A stretch of DNA of 64,000 nt from positions 33,366 through 97,365 of the forward strand of contig DASWQV010000093.1 of NCBI GenBank assembly GCA_036403515.1. The letters are read 5' to 3'. A program made the translations under genes and the position numbers. Position 1 is the stretch's first letter; each line of letters starts with the position of its first letter. Under the pieces are notes generated by a model. That model did not search any database, was not told where the DNA came from, and saw nothing but the letters and a program-made list of their open reading frames with translations. The stretch is from Solirubrobacterales bacterium. GTDB taxonomy: Bacteria > Actinomycetota > Thermoleophilia > Solirubrobacterales > 70-9. This document shows, piece by piece, positions 56,955-64,000 of the stretch.

Positions 56955-57872
56955 TCAGAGAGACCTGGCCAGGTCGCCCGTGTCGTCGCGACGCCTGTCC
57001 CACGGCCGCGCCGCCTTGAGCGCACCGAGCACCGCGCGCGTCGCCGGCGCCCGATTGAGCGCATAGAAATGGATGCCCGGAGCGCCGGCGAGGAGCAGCT
57101 CCGAACACTGCTGAGCCGCGTAGGCGACGCCGAGCTCGAACTCCGCCTGCTCGTCGCCCCCGGCCGCCGCGAACGCCGCTTCCAGACGCGCTGGAATCGA
57201 GGCGTCGCAGAGGTCGCAGATTCGCTTCGTCTGGGCGAAGGTCGCGACCGGGATCACCCCGGCGAGGATCGGCACGTCGATGCCCGCCGCCCGCGCCGCG
57301 GCGACGAAGTCGAAGTAGACCTGGTTGTCGAAGAAGAGCTGGGTGATCAGGAAAGTCGCGCCCGCGTCGACCTTGGTCTTCAGATAGGCGAGGTCGGTCT
57401 CGAGGTCGGGAGCCTCTGGATGAACCTCGGGGAAGCAGGCGCCGCCGACGGTGAAGTCCCATTTCGAAGCGATGAACGCGGTCAGCTCGGCAGCGCTGCC
57501 GAGCCCGCCTTCAGGCTGGACGAAGTCCTCCTGCCCCCGCGGCGGGTCGCCGCGCAGCGCAAAGACGTTTTCGATTCCGGCCGCGGCGATCCGGTCCAAC
57601 GTCATCGCGATGCCCTCGGCGCTCTCACCCACGCAGCTCAGGTGCGCCATCGTCTCGAAGCCGAGATCGTCCTTCAGCGCCCGCGTGATCTCAACCGTCC
57701 CCTCGCGGGTCGATCCGCCCGCGCCGTAGGTGACCGAGACGAAGTCCGGCTCCAGCTCCCGCAACGACCGCGCCGTCGCGAACAGCGCCTCGGTCCCCTC
57801 CTCCGTCTTCGGAGGAAAGAGCTCGACCGAGAAGGTTGGCGCTTTGGCGGCGATGATCTGGTCTATGCGCAC
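56955..57872 (-). CDS. metF: methylenetetrahydrofolate reductase
   Basis: FSVELFPPKT, VSVTYGAGGSTR, NVFALRGDPP and ITQLFFD. Confidence 0.9.
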   Translation of the reverse strand: MRIDQIIAAKAPTFSVELFPPKTEEGTEALFATARSLRELEPDFVSVTYGAGGSTREGTVEITRALKDDLGFETMAHLSCVGESAEGIAMTLDRIAAAGIENVFALRGDPPRGQEDFVQPEGGLGSAAELTAFIASKWDFTVGGACFPEVHPEAPDLETDLAYLKTKVDAGATFLITQLFFDNQVYFDFVAAARAAGIDVPILAGVIPVATFAQTKRICDLCDASIPARLEAAFAAAGGDEQAEFELGVAYAAQQCSELLLAGAPGIHFYALNRAPATRAVLGALKAARPWDRRRDDTGDLARSL

Positions 57873-57979
57873 AAGGGCAATCTAGCCGCCCCCGGCGCGA
57901 CGCGGGAAATCATGCAGTTTGCGGGAACGTTTACGTCGCCCCCCTTTCGCCGGCGGGGCGCTCGCGCTAAGTTGACCGT

Positions 57980-58104
57980 GCGACTGGGAGGGACGCGGTC
58001 CGCGGAAGCCAAGCGGAGCACGTCCCGGAGGTGGCGCTACGAGCTTCAGTGTGCGAAGGCTACGCACACGGCAGGCAACCGAGCCCACCACCGGTCGCTT
58101 TTTT
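57980..58104 (+). ncRNA. candidate structured small RNA or attenuator (unclassified)
   Basis: Long-range closing stem GCGACTGG (57980-57987) / CCGGTCGC (58091-58098), followed by T6. Internal hairpins are GGACG...CGTCC (57991-58025) and GTGTGCG-AAGGCTA-CGCACAC (58049-58069). No family recognised. Confidence 0.2.
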
Positions 58105-58344
58105 CATGCCCCTTCGCCTTTTTGTAGTCCAGTTGTACGCATAAAGGCGAAGTCAGCGTCCGGGGAGGTGCCTAGCGTCCGGGTCCGGCCGTCGAGCACC
58201 TGCCCTCGACGCCGCGCGTGCCGGGGCGCACCCGGGAGCTGGGCGTCGCCGCGAGACCCGGATGGCCGCCGCGACTAGCCCGCCCGCTCCCACCTCCCGT
58301 CATGCCGTCATGCCGCGGCCGGCCGCCTGTGCGAGGATCGAGCG

Positions 58345-59097
58345 ATGATCGGGGGGCTTCGCTACGAGCGGGTCGGCGCCGCGGCTGTTCTGACCATCGA
58401 CCGCCCTGAGCGGCGCAACGCGATCGACGCCGCCGCCGCGGAAGCGTTCCGGGAGGGCTTGAAAGACTTCGAAGCCGACGAGGCCGCCCGCGTGCTCGTT
58501 CTCGCCGGCGCCGGCGGCCAGGCCTTCTGCGCGGGCGCCGACCTCAAGGCGATGGACCTCGACGTCGACCACCCGCACGGTCCGATGGGGCCGACCCGGC
58601 TGACTCCGGCCAAGCCGGCCATCGCCGCGATCGACGGCTGGTGCCTGGCCGGTGGGGTGGAGCTGGCGCTCTGGTGCGATCTTCGGATTGCCACCCCGGG
58701 CTCGACCCTCGGCCTTTTCGAGCGTCGCTGGGGCGTGCCGCTGGTCGACGGTGGCACCCAGCGCTTGCCTCGCATCGTCGGCATGGGCCGGGCGCTCGAG
58801 CTGATCCTCACCGGCCGCCCGGTCGGGGCCGAGGAGGCCCTGCGGATCGGGCTCGTCAACGAGGTCGTCGAGCCCGGGAGGCACCTGGAGCGGGCGCTCG
58901 AGCTGGCCGAGCGGATCGCCGCATTTCCGCAGGAGACGATGCTCGCCGACCGCCGCGCCGCTATCGAGGGCTTCGGCTTGCCGCTGGCCGACGGCATTGC
59001 CCTGGAGCACAGGCTCGGCCGCGAGACCCTTCACGTCGCGGTGCAGGGAGCTCGCCGCTTCGCCGGCGGAGCCGGCCGGCACGGCGACGGCGTCTGA
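58345..59097 (+). CDS. enoyl-CoA hydratase/isomerase (crotonase) family protein
   Basis: LTIDRPERRNA, FCAGADLKAM, the G.C.GGG.ELAL-like GWCLAGGVELALWCD segment. Confidence 0.88.
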   Translation: MIGGLRYERVGAAAVLTIDRPERRNAIDAAAAEAFREGLKDFEADEAARVLVLAGAGGQAFCAGADLKAMDLDVDHPHGPMGPTRLTPAKPAIAAIDGWCLAGGVELALWCDLRIATPGSTLGLFERRWGVPLVDGGTQRLPRIVGMGRALELILTGRPVGAEEALRIGLVNEVVEPGRHLERALELAERIAAFPQETMLADRRAAIEGFGLPLADGIALEHRLGRETLHVAVQGARRFAGGAGRHGDGV

Positions 59098-59102
59098 CCC
59101 GC

Positions 59103-59783
59103 TCACTCCCTGCCGGTGACGCGCCGCATCTCGTTCTCGGCCTCTTCGGGACCGAGGTAAGGCATCAGCACGGCGAAGACCAGGTCGGGAAGGATCCGCT
59201 TCAGTTCTGGGCCTCGCCCAGCACGGATCTCGTCGAAGATCATCGAGGTGGCGCCGCCGATCGCAAAGCGCGCCGTATCCGCCGGCAGCTCCTCGCCCTG
59301 AGTGGAGTACTCGCGACCCTCCTCGAGAAACGGCGTGAAGCGCGCCAGCGCGGCCCGGTAACGCGCCCGAGCGTCGTCGCCGGCAGCCGTGACCTCGACC
59401 ATCGAAAGGCGGGCGATGTCGGCCTCGACGGCGAGCAGTTCGACCAGGGCGCGCAGGCCGGCCGCGATCCGCTCCGGCCAGGGCTCGCTCGCGGCTGACT
59501 CGAAGGCTGCCGTGACATGGGCGACGAGGACGTCGAAGACCGCGTCGTAGGCCTCGAGGAAGCAGGTCGGCTTATCGCCGAACATCTCCTCGAAGGCCTC
59601 GCGGGAGACACCCGCCACCTCGATCACATCGGTCACCGTGGTGGCCTCGTAGCCCTTCGCCGCGGCGACCCGCAGCATCGCCTCCAGCAAGCGCTCGCGC
59701 TGGGAGCGGACCAGGTAGGCACGCGGCAAGCCGTGGCGTCCACCAGGGACTCTTTCTGGATTCGAAGTAGATGGCGAATCCAC
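59103..59783 (-). CDS. TetR-family regulator, paralog 1
   Basis: GGRHGLPRAYLVRSQRERLLEA...GYEATTVTDVIEVAGVSREAFEEMF and the C-terminal LPDLVFAVLMPYLGPEEA motif. GTG 59783 chosen to avoid overlap with paralog 2. Confidence 0.8.
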   Translation of the reverse strand: MDSPSTSNPERVPGGRHGLPRAYLVRSQRERLLEAMLRVAAAKGYEATTVTDVIEVAGVSREAFEEMFGDKPTCFLEAYDAVFDVLVAHVTAAFESAASEPWPERIAAGLRALVELLAVEADIARLSMVEVTAAGDDARARYRAALARFTPFLEEGREYSTQGEELPADTARFAIGGATSMIFDEIRAGRGPELKRILPDLVFAVLMPYLGPEEAENEMRRVTGRE

Positions 59784-59823
59784 ACGATCAGCGTAGGGCA
59801 GCGCCCGCGCCCTGTCCAACCGT

Positions 59824-60540
59824 TCAGGCTCGGGCGGCCTGCATCTCGGCGCTGGCAACCTCGGCGCCGAAATAGGGCAGCACAGCGAAGTACATGAACT
59901 CCGGCAGAAGCGCGCGAAAGCCGCCTTCCTCGCCTGTCGCGAGCCTGGCGTGAATCACCGCGTGCATGCCGGCGACGATCCCCTCGGCGGCGATCGGCGG
60001 CGGCGATCCGGCGCCCTCTGAGGCGTGCCTGGCCGAATCGATGAAATCGGTGACGCGTTTCATCGCTTGGGAACGCTTTTGAAGCGCCTCGGGGCCGGCT
60101 GCGTGCACCTCGACGATCAGGGCGCGGCCCAGATCTGGGTCCGAGTCGAGCAGCTCGAGCAGTGCGCTGAGCCCGGCGCGAAGCTGGCCCCGCCAGCTCT
60201 CTCCGGCAGCACCGGCAGCCCGGGCGGCGGCTTCCAGACGCGCCACGCCGAAGTCGAAAGCCTCCAGGTAACAGGCGTCCTTATCGGCGAACTCGTCGTA
60301 GAAGGCCTGCCGGTAAAGACCGGTCAGATCGAGCACCATGCGCACGGACGCGGCGTCGTAGCCGTTCGTCCCAACCACCTCGAGCATCCCCTCGAGGATC
60401 TTCTGACGCTTCGGGGAACTCACCAGTCTGAGTGCGGGAACTTGCGGGGAAACATTCCCCGTCGCGGCGGTCCCTTCAGCCCCTGCCTGGACCTTGGGTG
60501 CGGCCTGCTTTCCCATCTGACCTTTCCTCTGCTCGATCAA
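59824..60540 (-). CDS. TetR-family regulator, paralog 2
   Basis: KRQKILEGMLEVVGTNGYDAASVRMVLDLTGLYRQAFYDEF and C-terminal LPEFMYFAVLPYFGAEVA. Start is TTG 60540 or ATG 60516. Confidence 0.8.
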   Translation of the reverse strand: MIEQRKGQMGKQAAPKVQAGAEGTAATGNVSPQVPALRLVSSPKRQKILEGMLEVVGTNGYDAASVRMVLDLTGLYRQAFYDEFADKDACYLEAFDFGVARLEAAARAAGAAGESWRGQLRAGLSALLELLDSDPDLGRALIVEVHAAGPEALQKRSQAMKRVTDFIDSARHASEGAGSPPPIAAEGIVAGMHAVIHARLATGEEGGFRALLPEFMYFAVLPYFGAEVASAEMQAARA

Positions 60541-60662
60541 GGGAACGGGTTGTCTGGAGTCCGGTACTGTAGCGGTATCTGGTCAATACGTCCAGCTTGG
60601 AATCAGATACCCATAGGGGTACTCTGGCGTTCGTGCCCGATCGTGCTCCCCAAGCGACCAGA

Positions 60663-61313
60663 ATGCCGCCGGGGCGCCATCCACTGCCCCGCGAGTTCAT
60701 CGCTCAGCACCAGCGGGCCCGCATCATCGCCGCCCTCGCCGAGGAGACGGTCGAGAAGGGATACCGGGCCGTCACGGTCGCCGACATCGTCCGCCGCGCC
60801 GGCATCGCCCGCAACACCTTCTACGAGAACTTCTCCTCCAAGGAGGATTGTTTCCTCGCCGCCTCGGAGTTCGCGGTCAAGGAGGCGCTGCGCCGCGTGG
60901 TCGACGCCGCAAGCAAGGTCGACACCTGGCCGGCCCGCGTCAACTCCGGCCTTGCCGCCTTCCTGCACTACGTGGCCACCGAGCCGGCCCTGGCCCGCAC
61001 CTGCATCGTCGAGGCGCTATCGGCTGGCCCCGCCGCGGTCGACCGCTACGAGCGCTCGATCCAGGCCTTCGTGCCGCTCTTCCGCATGGGCCGCAAGGTT
61101 TCCTCAAAGGGCGAAGAGCTGCCTGGCACACTCGAGGAGACGATCGTCGGCGGCATCTTCTGGATCCTCTACCAGCGCATCATCATGGGACAGGCCGAGC
61201 AGATCGAGAGCCTGCTCGCCGAGCTGGTCGAGTTCTCCCTCACTCCTTACCTCGGTGCCGAGGCCGCCAAGCGGATCGCCGCCGAACAACCGTCGACACC
61301 CGCTGCGGGTTGA
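60663..61313 (+). CDS. TetR-family regulator, paralog 3
   Basis: MPPGRHPLPREFIAQHQRARII...GYRAVTVADIVRRAGIARNTFYENF and C-terminal LAELVEFSLTPYLGAEAA. ATG 60663 chosen by alignment to the paralogs (the ORF opens at 60597). Confidence 0.8.
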   Translation: MPPGRHPLPREFIAQHQRARIIAALAEETVEKGYRAVTVADIVRRAGIARNTFYENFSSKEDCFLAASEFAVKEALRRVVDAASKVDTWPARVNSGLAAFLHYVATEPALARTCIVEALSAGPAAVDRYERSIQAFVPLFRMGRKVSSKGEELPGTLEETIVGGIFWILYQRIIMGQAEQIESLLAELVEFSLTPYLGAEAAKRIAAEQPSTPAAG

Positions 61314-61392
61314 GCCAGGGGCAGGGATCGGGGGTCCCATGACCTAGTGCCGCCTCACGCAGATAAGCGCCGTCTTTACGAGAGGCGGCACT

Positions 61393-62754
61393 GTGCTTGA
61401 CCTGGAGACCCGCGAGCGCGCCGCCAGCCCCGAGCGCGAGCGCATCGTCGAGGCCCTGATTGAGATCGCCGCCGAGCGCGGCTATGCCGAGACCACGATC
61501 GAGCTGATCTTGGAACGGGCCGGCCTCGACCGGCCCGCCTTCGATCGTCACTTTCGCGGCAAGTACGACTGCTTCCTGACCGCTTGGCAGGAGATCAACG
61601 AGGGCTGCATGAGGGAGATGCTCGAGGCCTTCAACAGCCAGGAGGAATGGCCCGACCGCCTGCGGGCCGTCGCCTGCGAGATCGTCGACAACCTGCGCCA
61701 CGATCCAAATCGGGCCTCCTTCGCGGTCGAGGTGCTCTCGGCTGGAGACGCTGCCCGGGCTCGCCGCGACATGACGATGCGGGTGATCGCCTCGTTGATC
61801 GACGCTGGCCGCAACGAGATGGACGACCCGGAGTCGGTGCCGCACACCACCGCCGAGGCGCTGGCAGGTTCCGCCTACGGCCAGGTCTACGCCAAGGTCG
61901 TACGGGGTGAGGCCGACGAGCTGCCGGCCCTCGTTCCCCAATTGCTGTCCGCCGCGGTGATGCCGTACCTGGGGGTCGAGGCGGGACTGGCCGAGTTGAC
62001 GCGTGGCTTCGACCCGCCAGCGCGATATCGTCGGGACGTGGCTAAAAAATCTTCCCCCGGTAAATCCGGCGGGACCAACGTTCCTGCCGAGGATTACCCG
62101 CCTGAGCTGGCACGTCTCCCGCCCGGTCGTCACGGCCTTCCGCGCGAGTTCGTCGTCCATAACCAGCGTGAGCGGCTGATTGCCGGCCTCGCCGAGGCGA
62201 TTGCCGAAAACGGCTACTCGGGCACGACGATCGCCCACATCACCCGCCACGCTGCCGTCTCTCGACGGACGTTCTACGAGCACTTCTCGAGCAAGGACGA
62301 GTGCTTCGTCGCCGCCTACGACACCGTGATGGCCGAGCTACGCCAGCGCGTCTCAGCCGCCTTCGAGGGCGCTGAAGACTGGCCGCACGCCGTCAAAGCC
62401 GGCATCGGCGCGATGCTCGAGTTCCTCGCCGCGGAGCCGAGCCTGGCGCGCCTCTGCATGGTTGAGGCGCTGGTCGCCGGCCCGGTCGTGGTCGAGCGCT
62501 ACGACGCCGCGATCCAGAGCTTCGTCCCCTACTTTCAGAGCGGTCGCGAGGGCCGTCCGCCCGAGGTCCTCGCCCGGCTTTCGCCGACCACCGAGGAGGC
62601 CCTGGTCGGCGGCATGGTCTCGTTGATCTCGCGGCGAATCATCGCCGGCAAAGCCGAAGAGCTCGAAGAGCTCCTCCCCGACCTCGTCGAGTTCACCCTC
62701 ACCCCGTACGTTGGCAGCGCCGAGGCGGCAAAGCTGGCGCGGGAGCCCGACTGA
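61393..62754 (+). CDS. fused double TetR-family protein (two complete HTH + ligand-domain modules)
   Basis: Module 1 has ERERIVEALIEIAAERGYAETTIELILERAGLDRPAFDRHF and ends in MPYLGVEA. A linker follows. Module 2 has PPGRHGLPREFVVHNQRERL...GYSGTTIAHITRHAAVSRRTFYEHF and ends in LTPYVGSAEA. Confidence 0.8.
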   Translation: MLDLETRERAASPERERIVEALIEIAAERGYAETTIELILERAGLDRPAFDRHFRGKYDCFLTAWQEINEGCMREMLEAFNSQEEWPDRLRAVACEIVDNLRHDPNRASFAVEVLSAGDAARARRDMTMRVIASLIDAGRNEMDDPESVPHTTAEALAGSAYGQVYAKVVRGEADELPALVPQLLSAAVMPYLGVEAGLAELTRGFDPPARYRRDVAKKSSPGKSGGTNVPAEDYPPELARLPPGRHGLPREFVVHNQRERLIAGLAEAIAENGYSGTTIAHITRHAAVSRRTFYEHFSSKDECFVAAYDTVMAELRQRVSAAFEGAEDWPHAVKAGIGAMLEFLAAEPSLARLCMVEALVAGPVVVERYDAAIQSFVPYFQSGREGRPPEVLARLSPTTEEALVGGMVSLISRRIIAGKAEELEELLPDLVEFTLTPYVGSAEAAKLAREPD

Positions 62755-62756
62755 GC

Positions 62757-63431
62757 TCAGGCGCCCGGGTCGAGCGGGGTGAGGTCGGGGGACCCAAGCT
62801 CCAGCCAGGCCTCGTCCTCGCCGAAGTACTGGAGCACCGCCAGGTGGGTCAGGTCAGGCAGCAGGCGCTCGACCGTCGCGGTGCGGCCGGCGCCGATCTC
62901 CGCGCAAATCGCTTCCTCGACCGCGCCGACGACGAACTGGGCGGTGAGGGTGGTCGCAAGGGGCCGGGCGCCGGGCTGGTGGCGGGCGGAGTCGACGGCC
63001 TTCGCGAGTTGCTCGATCGCCTGCTGGTGCTTGTCCCAGGCCTGGCCGCGGGCCGACCGCACCTCGATCAGCAGCGCCTTCGCCATCACGGGCTGCTCGG
63101 CGATCGTGCGCAGCAACCTGGCCAAGGCGGCGCGGAAGCCCGCCCGCCAGCTCTCGGCCCCGCGGGCCGCTTCGAGCACTTCCGCGCAGATTCTGTCCAC
63201 CGCCATCTCATAGGCCTGCGCGAAACAGGCCTCCTTGCCGCCAAAGCGGCGCTGGAAGCGCTCGCGTGAGATCCCGCTGCGGTCCCGCACTTCCTGCACG
63301 CTCGCCTTCTCGTAGCCGCGGGCGCCGACGCTGAGCAGGATCGCTTCCAGCGCTCCCTCGTCTGAGGACGCCCGCTCTGGAATTGCCTCATCCCATGAGC
63401 GAACCGCGCGCAGTGTGGTCGGACTTTCCAC
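62757..63431 (-). CDS. TetR-family regulator, paralog 5
   Basis: LEAILLSVGARGYEKASVQEVRDRSGISRERFQRRF and C-terminal LPDLTHLAVLQYFGEDEA. Confidence 0.8.
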   Translation of the reverse strand: MESPTTLRAVRSWDEAIPERASSDEGALEAILLSVGARGYEKASVQEVRDRSGISRERFQRRFGGKEACFAQAYEMAVDRICAEVLEAARGAESWRAGFRAALARLLRTIAEQPVMAKALLIEVRSARGQAWDKHQQAIEQLAKAVDSARHQPGARPLATTLTAQFVVGAVEEAICAEIGAGRTATVERLLPDLTHLAVLQYFGEDEAWLELGSPDLTPLDPGA

Positions 63432-63517
63432 TCGGGGTACCTTAGACCATCTTTGGGAACTTATGACACTTCATATACTCCCTTCGTACCAATGGGAACG
63501 CGCGCTATCCTGACCCA

Positions 63518-64000
63518 GTGCGCGCATTGCCTGGAAAGGCCTCCCGGCAGCCGCCCGGTCCCGAGCCGGTCAGCCGCGCCGCTTCCGCGGCGGATCAACG
63601 ACGCCGGATTCTCGAGGCAACCGCGGACCTGATCGCTGAGCAGGGCTATGCCGAGACGACGATCGAGCAGATCGTGCGCCGGGCGCGGGTCGGTTACGCG
63701 ACCTTCTACAAGCACTACGCCGACAAGCAGGAGGCCTTCCTGGCGTTGCTCGACTCCGCGGTCGAGCGCACCGCTTATGTGGTCGAGGAAGCCTATGACC
63801 GCGAAACGGGGCCATGGCCGGACAAGGTCGGCGCTGCGCTGGGAGCGCTGCTCGAACAGGTCGCGGCGCACCCCAACGTCGCCAGGGCCTGCCTGGTCGA
63901 GGCGCCCACGGCGGGGCCCGAGGCGGCGGCGCACCACGAGGCGGCGCTGAAGCGCTTCGCGCCGCTGCTGCGCCCTGGCCGCGAGCTCAATCCGCGCAGC
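63518..64000 (+). CDS. TetR-family regulator, paralog 6 (3' end truncated by window)
   Basis: Hand translation from GTG 63518: ...DQRRRILEATADLIAEQGYAETTIEQIVRRARVGYATFYKHY... Open to the window end. Absent from the ORF track, presumably because no stop codon is reached. Confidence 0.7.
   Translation, partial: MRALPGKASRQPPGPEPVSRAASAADQRRRILEATADLIAEQGYAETTIEQIVRRARVGYATFYKHYADKQEAFLALLDSAVERTAYVVEEAYDRETGPWPDKVGAALGALLEQVAAHPNVARACLVEAPTAGPEAAAHHEAALKRFAPLLRPGRELNPRS

Noticed and set aside
56013-58127. 704-aa plus-strand ORF spanning DUF3105 and metF
   Set aside because: It lies antisense to two genes with clear family motifs. The translation is Arg/Gly-rich without motifs.
57873-58344. 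SAM-I/SAM-IV/SAH riboswitch upstream of metF, or SRP (4.5S) RNA on the plus strand
   Set aside because: The core consensus strings I know were not found. These are the SAM-I GAGGGA...GCAACC junctions, the SAH GAGGAGCGCUGC core, and the SRP GGUCCGGAAGGAAGCAGCC helix-8 motif (here only a loose GGTCCGCGGAAGCC). The region is kept only as an unclassified candidate.

Overview
High-GC (about 70% by eye, not computed) origin-proximal chromosome segment from an Actinomycetota-like bacterium. Core layout: rpmH-rnpA-yidD-yidC-jag-rsmG-parA-parB plus tRNA-Ile on the minus strand, diverging from dnaA-dnaN-recF-DUF721-gyrB-gyrA on the plus strand. Next come a 3-gene Phd/VapC cassette beside an HNH endonuclease gene, pheA, and the actinobacterial FHA/PP2C/RodA/PBP/PknB cell-wall signalling cluster, which here has two extra Ser/Thr kinases and a second ddl. 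These are followed by purM, a class II Fic gene, dedA-uppP and a ~10 kb polysaccharide locus (CapD-like dehydratase, LytR_C, Wzy-like, Wzx, three GTs, priming sugar transferase). After that lie a small, visibly lower-GC islet encoding a GHKL ATPase plus a STAS-like protein, two GNAT-fold genes, DUF3105, metF and a crotonase. The window ends in an array of six TetR paralogs, one of them a fused double TetR. The best novel-system candidate is the orphan GHKL/STAS-like pair at 53.4-54.6 kb. The most unusual sequence-level signals are two families of palindromic interspersed repeats with copy-specific but self-complementary outer stems. Several family-A copies lie inside coding sequence, resembling Rickettsia palindromic elements. 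No rRNA, CRISPR array, transposase or integrase was seen. Functional calls rest on motif recognition by eye; no searches were run.
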